DNA from: Lama guanicoe
Taxonomy: Eukaryota
Direction: 5' to 3'
Assembly: GCA_013239625.1 (NCBI GenBank)
Contig: MU053652.1
Coordinates: 62,001 to 126,000 of the forward strand
Length of the DNA stretch: 64,000 bases
The position numbers and the translations under genes are program-made. Shown here one piece after another: positions 37,112 through 50,109 of the stretch. The notes beneath the pieces are model-generated. The model made no database searches, was not told where the DNA came from, and was given only the letters and a program-made list of their open reading frames with translations. The number at the start of each line of letters is the position of its first letter. Within the stretch, counting starts at the first letter, position 1.

Positions 37112-37457
37112 TGTAGGGAAGGTGGCGTCAGTCATACTCCCTCGCCTGACGTCTGGTGCCCAGTGACTTAGCAATATTACCCCGCATGCGCAATACCCAT
37201 GTATTGTTACATAGTGATGACTTGCGCTGCGCAAGCGCAGAGGTCAGCCCGTAGGTCAGTCGGCCGCTTGCCGGTTTTTGCCAGTCTCGCGATATAAGGA
37301 GGGCGGGACTTTCCGCCGCCGCCGACGCCGCCTCCAAAGCTCGGGGACTCCGCTCCGCAATAAAGGCACGTTTGAGATGCGGCTCTGCGAGTGTTCGTCT
37401 GTCTGCCCGAGTCCGTGAACCTGCGAAGCCTGGACCTCAGTGAGCACCTACAGTACA
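37112..37457 (+). mobile_element. Young solo retroviral LTR, class II (betaretrovirus/ERVK-like) architecture
   Basis: TGTA...TACA termini; perfect 5-bp TSD GTGGG (37107-37111 and 37458-37462); TATAAG 37293-37298; AATAAA 37359-37364 followed by a GT-rich U5-like segment; about 30 CpG in 346 bp. Confidence 0.8.
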
Positions 37458-37627
37458 GTGGGTTTTATAATTTTTAGTTCTCAGTTGCATTCATTGTCCA
37501 AGATGACCTCCTAACATCTTGTGAGACTGGCCTTCCCCCCACAGACCATCGTGGACCTGACATTGTGAGACTAAACACAGCTCCAGAAGGGGCAGAGTGA
37601 CACTCAGCTTTTTTTATATTTGGGGAA

Positions 37628-38061
37628 AGGTGGTGGGAAGTATAATAGCCCCCTAAAGATTCCCACATCCTAATCCCCAGGACCTCTGAATATGTCGCCT
37701 TGCTTGACAGAAGGGATTTTGCAGATATGGTTAAATTAAGGCTCCTAAGGAAAGTAGCCAGAATCCGTCAGGTGGGTCTAATTAACCACAAGGGTCAACA
37801 TATGAGGGAGGTAGGAGGGTCAGAGGCTGAAAGGTGGTCACGTGATGACAGAGGCAGCAGTCAGAGTGTTGCAGGACCATGAGCCAAGGAATGTGGCAGC
37901 TTCCAGAAGCTGGAAAAGGCAAAAAAAATGGATTCGCCCGGAAGCTCCCAGAAGTTTCACAGCCACGCTGGTCTCCAGAACGGTAAGATAATAAATTTTG
38001 TGTTGCTTTAAGGCATTAAACTAGTGGTAATTTGTTTTGGCAGCTGTAGAGAACCAACACA
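37628..38061 (+). mobile_element. MaLR LTR (MLT1D-like)
   Basis: cacatcctaatccccaggacctctgaatatg...gggattttgcagatatggttaaattaagg...ccatgagccaaggaatgtggcagcttccagaagctggaaaaggc...ggtaatttgttttggcagc. Confidence 0.9.
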
Positions 38062-40939
38062 GGGGGCACCTGCATATAAGAAAATAATGAAAATGTGTGA
38101 GAAATGCTAGAATCAAAATTGATCTCTGTGATGGACTGATCTTGAAGACGAGGAAATGATGAAAACTTCTTCAGGGGAAAAGCGCTGTATTCTCAGCAAT
38201 GTGCTCAAAAGGCAAGGAGTCAGTCCCACGGAGTGCAGCCCACAAATGGTGCAGAGAAATTAAGCACTCCTTTTCCATAGGTGGTATGTTGTTTCCCTCA
38301 GTTTTCCCAGAGCCTGCTGGAGCATCAGGCACAGAGTGGGTGCTCTGAACACGTGTGTAGAGAGTTGGGTGGCAGGGACTGGAATGGAGGAGAACACTGG
38401 GATGGAGGCAGAGGTCCTACCGGAAATGGGAGATTTGGTTACTGGCAGATGTCCAGGTGCTGAGGTTCTTCTGAGCCCACAGAGGCCCCTTGGAGAAGAG
38501 GGGACGGAATAGTGTTGCAAGAAAGGCCAGAGGAGGTGGTGGCCGAGGTCAGTTTTGCTTCCATTTTCAGCAGGTCCTGAACAGTTCTGTAGTTCCTAAG
38601 CTGCCCTGACCCTGAGCTATAGACCTGTCTATGCTCATCCTGGTCCCTGATGGGGCACGTCCCTTTGGGCTCAACGTGCATAATGAAGGATCAGTTAGGC
38701 TACCCGGGCTTGATTTCAAAGACAAGGAACCTGGTCTCGCTGTACAGATGGCAGCTGGCCTGTCTCGCCTTCCTTTATCTGTATCTGACGCTTCTGTTTT
38801 CCCAGAGCCAGCACAACACAAGGTCAGCCCATAAGAAAGCCAATCAAACCAAACATTTAATGGTTTTTAGTACTATTAGTGGAGAAGAATCCCATGGTGC
38901 AATGTATCTCTCACTCTATTGTTATCTTACTCCTCCTTTTTACTTTCCTCCTCCTCATCTCCAAGGCAGAACAAACACATAAATAAATAAGGTTTGTCTT
39001 CTTAAGCAGAATAACTTTGGCACTTTCTCTGAAACCTTGGCACCAGAGAACAGCTATGCTTCAAAGCAACTGACTACACAAGTGAGCTTATCAAGACATT
39101 TTTCTCAAAAAGGCAAGCCTCTTCCTAAGATAAATTCTTGTACCAGCTACTAAGAGGATAGCATTTTTCATTTCATTGTGCCTGGGAACTGCAGCTGAGT
39201 AGAGTAAGGCGTCTGCCACACAGACGGTCTCCTGGCCCGGACCCCAGGTGCTCATGGCGGAGTTCTGCAATAAAAGAGCAAGTCAAATCCCAGAGCACCT
39301 TTTCATCATTATCTCCACAGGGTTCTGAGAACACAAGACACCACCTACTGGTCCCAGCAGCTCTGCAGTGGTGGGAGATAGTGCCAGGGACTTCAGAAGT
39401 GCCACATGACAACTCCCTTGCTCTGATATCTAGGCTTTCAAATTAGGCATCAGCTGGTTGCAGTTGCAGTGGGGACCTAGGTAGAAAATTCATGCCTGGA
39501 TGTTGCTTTTGGAGTTGACCCAATCTGGCATCATTCAATGAACAGGAAAAGGAAAACTGCACTGTGTTACGAAGATAACCAATGCATAGAACTCACAGGA
39601 GACACCCTCACTCCAGGGCGCCTTGAATGCTCTGGGAGGGATTTGAGCATTAAACAGATGGACTGCACTAGGTTCTCAGCAGGGGATAACAGGGGTCTCT
39701 CTGCTAGATTTCTATCATGAATAGGAAATAATCCATTAAACCAAACATACCCTCTGTCAGTTTGCCTTCCATGGCACATGGCAACGTGGCTTGTCTTGCT
39801 CAAGGTTATTTAAGGATAATTTCGAAGCGCGGAGGAAAGAGAGCTTGGCTAACTTGGCCTCTTTTGCTTTCTCTTCTATCTCCCTTTCTCCTTCCTCTCT
39901 GAGGGACACAATATGGAGACAGAACTTCTCGTTCGTGATCCAGGAAAGGGCAGAGATAATTCCATCTCTGATTAAAGATACTCCTGAATTGTCTTAACAA
40001 CTTCCTTATCCCCCCATCTTTCCCACTCCTCCCACTCAATTCTTTTGATACACGTGAGCTAAGATCTTGGTATCTGCGCATAAGGGATGCTAAAAGCTGA
40101 TTCTGTAAGGTTAAAAGTCCTTTTCCTATAACTCTCAGATAAAACCAGTGTCTTTATAACCTGCTAAATCATATCATAATTTTTAATGTGAGCTAGAGCC
40201 CTTTCTTCCATTTGCTCCACAGTCATTATGTTGTCATCAGTATCCTTTCAATCTCTTCAAGTTGTAAATAGATGAGCCACAAATTGGGAAAGATAAGAAA
40301 TCTACTGGAAGAGAGATGAAAGTTCAGTGCTGTTGTAAGCTTTACTCAGTGTCAATACCAGTTTGTTTCATCTAATGATCTGCATGGGGTATAAGTGTAA
40401 AGAGTGCTTACGTTTGTGCTCATGGTTATAAATCTTGTAGCACCCTTTGGTCTATGCCTGACTCTCTCCCGTTGCTCAGGGTTATTTCAGCATTCCCCCA
40501 TGCAGCGCCACCTCCAGACAGCGGTCACCCAGGTGCAGCTGGAACCTCTGACCTCGTGCTACCTTCAGCCTCATCCTCACAACTGCTGCGTCCTCCCTAG
40601 CACACAGGAATGAGGTCCTAATTGGCTTCTCAAAGGCTGGATGTTCTGGCTTTAGCATCCTTTCTTTCTCCCAAATCTGAATTACGACTGCTTCTCTGGA
40701 CCATCCACTCTACCTGCCTTTTCTTCTTTACACCCGACATCTGTGGATTTTCTCTTCTGTGGGTTTATTAGTACGTTTAACCAGCATTGATATCTATAGT
40801 TTTCCCCTACAGTGTGCATCATATAATTTTAAGTCTTTTTTGTTCTTACATTCTCTTTCCCTGCACCCCCAACTCTAACGCACATGCACACAGTAAAAAC
40901 TCCTATACCCAGTACTTCACCTGTTAGAATGCTTTTTTA

Positions 40940-41180
40940 CCTACACATTGATGCGTTTTTGCCTCATTTTCTACTACCCTATGATGAGAGACTTAGACTT
41001 ACAATGATCACAAAATTCTTATACCAAGCAGTATTGGCTATCATTTGTCTAGATCTGTGAAATACCTGGTATAGAGATGAGGAAATTGAGAGTTGCTGTT
41101 TAAGAAACTTGTTTAACATTAGACTGCTAGCACGTGGTGGAGCTGGGACCTATTTCAAGGTCTTTTTGACTCTAGAACAT
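40940..41180 (-). mobile_element. MIR fragments
   Basis: agagatgaggaaattgag...ctagcacgtggtggagctggga...ttttgactctagaac. Confidence 0.6.
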
Positions 41181-42409
41181 GTTTTCTTAACTCATGGCCT
41201 GGTTCTGGTACCGAGAATTTGAAATCAGTGCTGACACTAACATTTGATTGCTGTACCACTCCTCTGTACTTCTGGACTCCCCACCTTTCCGTGTAATACT
41301 CATAATTTTAGGAAGGATGGGGGAAGCCTTGTGCATTCTGTCCCACCTTTATGCTGCTGGCCCCAGGTGTCCTGAGCCTAGGCCATCCCACTCAGCAATG
41401 TCCCCAAGCCACATTCCCTCATCAACAAAACTCCTCTCTTTTCCCTCAGATGGCAGATAAAAACAGCCTTCTTTATTTTTAGACCCTAAGTATAAAACAA
41501 ACCCTACTTTAGAATCATTCTAGCAGTCACTTTAGAAATTGTTTATAAATGGTAGTGTTTGTCCTTGGTGAACAAAGTTAAAATTTGAACATGACCTTCC
41601 GAGCCTGAAGATGAGAAAAACCTATGGACTGAAAATAACCAAAAGAATTTGAAATGGCTCATGCATGCCTAATTCCTTTTGTGATTAAAATAGAGAATTT
41701 TGAAATAAATAACACAATTCAATAAACACACATGATTCCACTTGAATAAGATCCAAAGGTATTTTTGGTTTAGGGTTCCACTGTTTTTCTGGGCTCATTG
41801 AAGGACACAGAGCAATTTATTTTCAACTTGTGTTTCTGTTATTTGATTTAGAGGTCTGTGCATCAGAGAAGCAAAAATATCTGGAGCTAGGGCTGAGTAG
41901 GTGTGAATTACAGATTGACAGCAATTAGTATTTTAATAATATATCAAGTCGACTAAGGTCCTTTTTACACTGATGTCAGTCTGATCTCAAAATAACTTTT
42001 CTTCTGAATCTAGACTGCTCTGGTGAATTTAATATTATTAGAATGTTTTCAAAATGTTCTTAGCTACTTTCACCTGTTCTCCAGAATTATAATTATGAAC
42101 CTTATAATTATATTGCCAGTTTCCAAAAAATAGTCCCATCAGCATGTTGATTGGGTTTTTAATAAACGGATAAACTAATCTGGGAAAATTTTACATTTTT
42201 ACAGTATTCAGCCCTGTTATCTAGAAGTATGCATATGTCTCCATCTTTTTAAAACTTAAATTTATGAGTAGCGAGTATATTTTGCTGTTTTACCTCCCAA
42301 ACTATAATAATTTTATGCTATTTTTTAAAAAAAATCTCTGCTTTTTTATTCCTTTTATTTTCCTAAGATTTGTTTTAATCTTATTATTCTCTATTCATCT
42401 ATTATTTGT

Positions 42410-44120
42410 TTTTTAAATTGAAGTAAAGTTAATTTATAAATATATTAGTTTTAGATATATAGCATAGTGATTCAGTATTTTTACAGATTATACTTCATTA
42501 AGTTATTATAAGATAATGGCTATTATTCCTTGTGCTACACAGTATAGCCTTGTTGCTTATCTATTTTATACAAAGTAGTTTGTATCTTTTAACCCCATCT
42601 TGCCCCTCCTCCCTTACCTCTCCCCGCTAGTAACCACTAGTTTGTTGTCTCTATCTGTAAATCTGTTTCTGTTTTGCTATACATGTTAGTTTGTTTTACT
42701 TTGTAGATTCTATGTATAAGTGATATCATAGAGTATTTGTCTTTCTGACTTATTTCATTAAGCATCATATTCTCTAGATCCACCTATGTTGCTGCAAATG
42801 GAAGAATTTCATTCTTTTTTATGACTGAGTAATATTCCAGTGTGCACGTGCGCATGTGTGTGTGTGTAGGTTTCACATCCTCTTTATCCATTTATCTGTT
42901 GATAGACACTTGGGTTGCTTTCATATCTTAGCTACTGTGAACATTGGGATGCATATATCTTTTTGAATTAGTGTTTTTGTTTTTTCCAGATATATACCCA
43001 GGAGTGGAATTGCTGGGTCATATGGTAGTTCTATTTTCAGTTTTTTGAGGAACCTCCATAGTGTTTTCTATAGTGGCTTTACCTATTTACATTCCCACCA
43101 ACAGTGTACAAGGGTTCTCTTTTCTCTACATTTTCACCAACGTTTGTTATTTGTAGACTTTTTGATGCTAGTGATTCTGACAGGTGTGTGGTGACACCTC
43201 ACTGTGGTTTTACTTTGCATTTCTCTAATAATTAGGGATGTTGAGCATCTTTTCATGTGCTTGTTGGACATCTGTATGTCTTCTTTGGAAAAATGTCTAT
43301 TCAAGTCTTCTGCCATTGTTTTGATTGAGTTGTTTGGTTTTTTTGATATTGAGTTGTATGAACTGTTTATATATTTTGGATATTAACCCTTTGTCAGTTA
43401 TATCATTTGCAAATATTTTCTCTTGTTTTGCTTATGGTTTCCTTTGTTATTCAAAAGCTTGTAAGTTTAATTAGGTCTCATTTGTTTACTTTTGCTTTAT
43501 TTCTTTTGCCTTGGGAAATAAGATCCAAAAAATACTGCTATGATTTATGTCAAAGAATGTCCTACCTATGTTCTCTTACAGGAATTTTATGGTTTCATGT
43601 CTTACACTTAGGTCTTTAATCCATTTTGAGTTATTTTTGTATATGGAGTGAGGAAATTTTCTAATCTCGTTGTTTTACATGTTGCTGTCCAGTTTTCCCA
43701 ACACCACTTATTGAAGAGACTGTTTTTTCTTCATTGTATATTGTGCCTCCTTTGTCATAGATTAAGTGACCATAAGTGCATGGGTTTATTTCTGGGCTGT
43801 CTTCTGTTCCATTGATCTATGTATCTGTTTTTGTGCCAGTGCCATGCTGTTCTGATTACTATAGCTTTGTAGTGTAGTCTGAGGTCCGGGAGGGGGTGAT
43901 TCCTCCAGCTTTGTTCTTTTTCCTCAAGATTGCTTTGGCAATTTGGGATCTTTTGTAGTTCTATGTGAATTTTAGGATTATTTGTTCTAGTTCTGTGAAA
44001 AATGTCATGGGTATTTTGAACGAGATTGCACTAAATCTGTAGATTGCTTTAGTTACTTTGGCCATTTTTAATAATATTAATTGTTCTAATCCAAGAGCAC
44101 AAGATATCTTTCCATTTCTT
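42410..44120 (-). mobile_element. L1, about 1.7 kb 3' portion (cetartiodactyl-type) with degraded ORF2 C-terminus
   Basis: ORF 43134-43316 (-) [36 protein letters not shown] is the L1 ORF2p C-terminal region; 3' UTR and T-rich tail at about 42410. Confidence 0.95.
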
Positions 44121-44349
44121 TTTGTCATTTCTTTGTATTCTTTATTAATCTTTTTTTCTTTTTTCTTTTTAACAAAATAAGAATATAGTTTATGAAATAA
44201 GAAAATTGAGTCTGAGGTTATCTATAGTAGTGCTTTGGTTGCCTTCCATTAGACTTCATATCTTCATAACTAATCTATTTTATTATTTTCCTCTTTAAAC
44301 TTTTATTCTTTGGGGTAATAGAGGATGCAACTAAAAAATAATACAATAG

Positions 44350-44500
44350 TAAAAATAGCAGCAGCTAATATGTATTGAGTGCTTATTATATACCAACGAC
44401 TATAATAAACTCTGTAGAACTCATTTGTTCCTCAAAACACTCACAGAAGGTAGCTCTTTTACAGATTAAGAAACCAAGGTTGAGTTAGTAAACCAGAACG
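44350..44500 (-). mobile_element. MIR SINE
   Basis: gcagctaatatgtattgagtgcttatta...ttttacagattaagaaaccaagg. Confidence 0.75.
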
Positions 44501-45639
44501 TGACGCCAAAGTTTCTGCCTTTTGTTTTCAATCCTCATAATTTCCATGCATCTGAATTTCTTGAGGTTGTCATTTGGGACCTGTATTTAAGTTTGGCATT
44601 GGTAGTGCAACAGAGGTGCTTGATAAGAAAGCTGTTGAAGTGTACAAGCTTGGAAGTTGATCTGTTAGTGAGCATCCCCTTTGTCCTTATCTGCACTGCC
44701 TACCTCCTCAAAGACTAAGAGGTTTCTACAAGTCTCAGTGACCATGCTTCTCTCCCTTCCTCCTGCTTGCGCTGGAACAACTAAGCCTTTTAAATTTATC
44801 AAAGATCTGCTGCATCATTGAGCCTATTTATCACAATTTCAATTCTGTCCTTTATTGCCTCCAAAGGGAATGTTTAAAAATTCTTTTGAAAAGTAATAAA
44901 TTTTTTTTGCTTTTTAGTTTCCCTGCAAGCCTCTCTCTACTGTTTCCATTTTTATCTCACCCCGTTGCCTGTTCATCTCAACTTCCCCCATTACTTTCTT
45001 CTTTCTTGTAGAGCCCATATCTTCTTACATGCTACTACCCATATCAAATTACCCTCTAAAATTTTCCTCTGGTTTCAGAGACCTGCCCTCACCCTGAGCC
45101 ATAGACATTGCATCCTTCTTTCTCCTCATGTTTTCTCTCTTTCTCCATGCTCATCCCAAACTTGGTGCCCACTAAGAGACAGAGCATGGAAGTATCACTG
45201 GTCCTGCTCTCTGCCCCTTTCCTGCTCTGGACTTGGCATGTAAGTCAGTGTGCAGAACCCCTGTGCTGGTTCCTAGGTCCTGCAGGCTTTTCTTACTTAA
45301 CTTTGCTGAACAGAGATGGGACCCCTGCTTCCCCTCTGCTTGATTTTTCTGACGCTCTGACTAGTGTGACAATAAAAGACATTCTCCACTTGCACAATAA
45401 ATAGACCTCTTTCTGTCTCTACCTTGACTTCCAACAATTTTTCTCAACTGTGGATCCAGGAATCCGTGAGTTCTAGGAGAATTTTAAAATTCTGTCCTTT
45501 TATTTTTATGATAATCTAAAAACATTTATTTTATAAAGATTAATTTCTGTTTCAGTAGTAATTTCCAAATGAAAGATATTAGCATAGAACTGGGTTTTGG
45601 TTTTTTTTTTTACGTAATAGTTTTTAAAATTATCATAAG

Positions 45640-46000
45640 TCATTATTAGCGTAATTAGTGAGATTGGATTAGATAATAGTATTGTATCAATGTCACATTT
45701 CCTGATTTTGATAAATGTTTATTGTTGTAGAAAAAGAGAGAGTTCTTGTCTTTAGGAAATAGACATTGGAGTAATTATGAATATGAATAAAGGCTGCAAG
45801 CTCCTTTCTTGGCTCAATGAATGTGTGTGTTTGTGTGTATGTATGTGTGTGCATAGTAGATTGATGAATGAGCAAATGGAGCAAAATGTCACCAATTTGT
45901 TAGCAATTGGTAAATCTGGGCAAAGGTGATTGGGAGTTCTTTGTACTTTTTACAACTTGTCTATAAGTGTAAATTATATAAAAATGTGTTTTTAAAAAGA
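45640..46000 (+). mobile_element. Old L1 3' end (L1MC/ME-like)
   Basis: ttagataatagtattgtatcaatgtcacatttcctgattttgata...gggagttctttgtactttttacaact. Confidence 0.75.
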
Positions 46001-46169
46001 GTCATGACTTTCACTGACCGTGGTCCACTAAATGCTCTTGGAGTATACAAAAAATCTTTTTTATTTTCATTTAAAAGATATCAGGTTGAGAAACATAAAT
46101 AAATTCTCCACTTTCCTACCAGGTTGATCACTGGATGGACCTATTTTTAGAAACCCCAACTTTTTTACT

Positions 46170-46650
46170 TTCCTGCATAGAATGTTCTGGTGGCTCCTGA
46201 ACATCATGTTCCAAGCACCTCATCTGGCCTGCAAGACCCTCCATGATGTAGTCCTTGCCCAGTACTAGCTGCGGCTACTCATTGCATTTAATTTAGAAAC
46301 ACTAAACACTTGTGGCTTCCCAAGAACACTCTGTGGTTTCACTCTTCTGGGACTTTGGCCAGATTACTCATGTTGTGCAGAATACCCTAACTTGCCCTCC
46401 TTACACATCCTTCTCTCTATAATGGAATAACTGTTAAGCGTTTGTTAAAACCCAGTTCAGACAGTTCCTCCTCCAGGAAGCCTTCCTTGAATCCTCCCAG
46501 GCTAAGTGCGTCCACTCTGGGGTCTGAGAACCTCCTATGGGACCCTCCATCACAGTCCTCTTACTGCTGTCTCCACCAGACTGAGCTCCAGAAGACAGAG
46601 AAGTCTACCTTCTCTTTGTACCTTGCATGGTGATTAGGAACAGAGAGGAC
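46170..46650 (+). mobile_element. L2 3' region
   Basis: tctggcctgcaagaccctccatgat...cctcctccaggaagccttcctt...ccaccagactgagctcc. Confidence 0.75.
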
Positions 46651-48619
46651 ATTATTGACCTGAGTTGAAGAAGTAGAAAGTAGAAGTAGAAAAGCTTGGC
46701 AGATGGCTCCATTGGTGGGGTCTTACAATGTGTGCAGAGGAACATAGCCGCCTTGTGATGGATGAGTTCGAAAACTCCAAAAGAATCTGCCTCCTTTGAA
46801 TGTGTTCCACAGTCTTCTCCCACAGTGTTTGAAATTTCCACCTTAGTGTCTTTTGTTAGAAGTAACTGGTTCTACAAAGATAAAGTTTAGCTGTGCTTAC
46901 TTTTTCTGGTATGGATAACCCATTAGTATGCATTTTTATAACAGTACAAATCGTCATCATTAAAGCATACCTATTCATTTGTAGAGTACTTTGTGATTTA
47001 TAAATGATGTAAGTTTCTTGAAAGTCTCAACTGTCTTCACATATATTTTTGTTCTTTGCAACCCAGCAAAGTCCCTGAACATAGTAAGTACTCAGTAAAA
47101 TTATTGACTAAGTAAATGAATGAACGACCTTCACACACATTATCTCAATAGATGCTCACATATAAAACCCAAAGCCAGGAAAGCCCTTGACTACAAACCT
47201 CCTAACATCATTTACCTAAAGGAATGAGCTATTTGGAGTCAGAAAGAGGGCCACCCCAAGGTGACACACTTGTCTCATGAGTTTGCACATTCACTCACCA
47301 ACTGGGGCTGGCAAGAGTAAACTTTTTGAAGAGGGGGGACAATGATGGATTTACCTGAGTCCAAAACAGGTGCTGAGATACCTCTTCTGCATCCCGCCAA
47401 TTCAGCAAGGGGTTAATGGAAGCTTTCAAGCAGGCTAGATAATTAACAGGATTAAATCTCTACCTGTCAATTAAGCCAATATATTTGAGTATAATGCTAT
47501 TTAATTCTGTACCAGGAACAGTGCAATAAATCAAAGTTTACAGATGTCTTCAGCAAACCCTTGATGGATGAGACACTGTAACTCAGAGGTGCATAGAAAG
47601 TCTCAAATAAGATAACCTCCCATGTGATTAATATAGCTGTCTGCATTGGCATTGGCTCCAGAAGGTTCTAATCCAAACATGTTTAACATCACATACTTTA
47701 TTGTGACAGATTTAGACACTTGAACTAACTAACCAGGCAAACGGTGCTTAATTATACTGACTCATTATGGACCTCAGCAATAAAGCTGGGATGCAGAATT
47801 AGGTGTGAATTCCCATCACACACAGTCACACAATGCAAACAGCCCCATGTCCAGAGGGCCTTACAGGGTCTGGTGCACAAAGCACAGAGTAGAGGAGCAA
47901 TCTGATTCCTCCAAGGAACAGTTTCCTTCTCTGTGTTCAGTGATGCTTGTCCTCAGTCCTCGTTCAGACTGTCTAGCCACCAAATGCATATTACTGATCA
48001 CAAGGGGAAAGAGGCCAGTGGACATGAACATCTTTATGAATGTTTCCCCATTTAAAAAACAATAAGAATTGAGGTTCAAGTCTTTTTTTGTGAAAGATGG
48101 TGCCTACCCAAGTATGTATGTATGACTGGAACTTTTGTTGTTGAATGGGTGAACCCAAATGCTTGTCAACTTTCCATATTTATTCTGGAACGCAATTCTA
48201 AAAGCATGGCCTTCTAAACAGGCATACAGATTTGAGTTCTCAGAAGTGGGCTAGAAATTTCCAGATACAAAATTCAACACCCAGCCCTGTTTCTAAGCTG
48301 AACTTACTCATAGGGGACCCCTCTCTGTTTCATATGAGTGGCAAAGTGTGCACAATTAATGCTCATTTTCCCAAAAGGATCTAGTTGTTGGATTCCATCT
48401 GTGCTAATGTCACAGTGTAACCACGAGGAGCGGGTCTTAGTGCTTGCTTGCTGATTGACTAAAGGATCAATAATGTGTGTCAAATGTGTAAAGATGGGGT
48501 GGGACAGAAATCGTGCAGAACAGTCATTTTCAAGACATGCCTCATGGATTTGAGCAGCTCAACACATACTAAGCTACAGTATTGGCTCTATGTGAAAAAA
48601 AATTCAGTAAAGAGACACC

Positions 48620-49100
48620 AGCATGGGCTGGAGTGAGTTAAGAAAGCTTGCATGAAGGAGATGAATCTGAGATGAATGTTAAAAAAAAAAGGAAGGAGTT
48701 TGGACTGATGGAGAAGATGAAATAGGATGTCCAATCTGGAAGAGACCACACACAAGTCCAGAAGCAGGAGCTGATGTGCTGAGTTGGGGAGACAATGTGG
48801 AGAGCAGTTTGAAGGGTGTGGGTTGCCTCTTAGTGGTGGATGGGATCCTTGTGCTAAAACCACATCTGGAAAACCACCCAGAGATGTCCAGACCTAAAAC
48901 CAATGGCAAGAGAGAGAGACATTTGACTTAATTGGATAAAGACGTGACAATGTGAGAAGAGGGTTTTAAGAAGCTTCGTCTAGCAGGGGGTGTGTAAAGT
49001 GGGGACTGGAGAAAGGCAAGGTGAGCCAGAGCAGGTAGATGAGAAGTTACTGCAAAATCTAGGAATAAAAGCATGAGCAGCTTGACTGTGGTAATGATCA
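48620..49100 (-). mobile_element. L2 fragments
   Basis: Purine-rich aggagatgaatctgagatgaatgtt...gagggttttaag pattern of antisense L2. Confidence 0.55.
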
Positions 49101-49199
49101 AAGAATTAAGACAAGAGGAATCAACCCAGGAGAATCAAAGGGAAAAATTGACCTAGAATGTCTGTTTCTGTGACTGCAAAATGGAAATAGAGATAATGT

Positions 49200-49650
49200 C
49201 TGTGATGGACTCCCCAACATCCATTCCACCCAAAAGCTTATCATCTTACCCCTGGACTAACAGTTCTCAACCAGTCACTACAATTTTATTCTTCTCACCG
49301 GTGATGGCTTCAGAATTTGGCATGTAACCACTTCTGGCCAATGAGAAGTAGCTTCTGGGAAACATTTCCTCTCTTTAAGTGAGAAACACGAGATGGGATG
49401 ATCTCTTTTCTTCTTCTGGACATCGTCCCATATGGATGTGATGTCTGGAACTGCTCTACTACCTTGCTAGCAGCTTTGGAAAATAATCTGAGTCCTTGAT
49501 GACATGATGGAGCTGCTGGATGAGCTAACCCTGAGCCCCACAAAGCCCCCAGACTCTCAGTAATGTGTAATAATTCACGTCCTTACTGTTTCAGCTAGTT
49601 TCAGCTGGGGGGTTTTGTTGTGTGTAGCTGAAAACATCCTAACTGTCCAC
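49200..49650 (+). mobile_element. MaLR LTR (MLT1J-like)
   Basis: catgtaaccacttctggccaatgagaag...gcttctgggaaacatttcct...tgtagctgaaaacatcctaactg. Confidence 0.75.
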
Positions 49651-50109
49651 AGTTCTATCTTCTTGAGTTAAAGATAGAACTCTTTTGTAATGTACTATAC
49701 AATGAAAAGATAGGGGGAAAAGGAGGGGGAAGTAATGATTCAAAAGTTAACAACACAATTTAAGACGTGTTTTTAAGTCATTTCATGAATCCATTGCTGA
49801 ACAAAACAAAAAATTTTAATTACAGCACAATAAACTAAGGTTCTTTATTCTTCAGATTTGCTAAAATTGGTATTTTCTTTCCATCTCTGCCAAAAGAGAT
49901 GCCACTAACTCAAATGGAGATTAGTGCCTCCCCGCTCACCTTATGTAAATAGTTATTAAGGATGGCAATAGATACTTTGATTATTTCTTAAGAACACTGT
50001 GGGATGGTGGCTGAGATTTTAGCTTGTAATATTCTGTGTGATTTCAGTTGACTTTGAGAGTTGACTATAGCTCTAGCAAGCTGAAAACCCACACAGTACT
50101 ATGGGACAT

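Noticed and set aside
37305..37314. Endogenous lentivirus (HIV-like kB site plus 5-bp TSD)
   Set aside because: GGGACTTTCC is a generic kB site and here lies downstream of the TATA rather than in U3. No coding sequence or TAR-like evidence is present, and the overall layout looks more class II/betaretroviral.
37112..37457. Housekeeping-gene CpG island promoter or first exon
   Set aside because: NRF1, Sp1 and BANP-like motifs suggested this at first. The sharp TG...CA boundaries, TSD, and TATA followed by AATAAA fit a solo LTR better, and no downstream coding exons were found.
43134..43316. ORF with real protein similarity
   Set aside because: It is a fragment of L1 ORF2p within a truncated, frame-disrupted L1, not a host gene.
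45180..45470. Possible additional old LTR (AATAAA followed by a pyrimidine-rich segment)
   Set aside because: I could not define termini or a family with enough confidence to list it.
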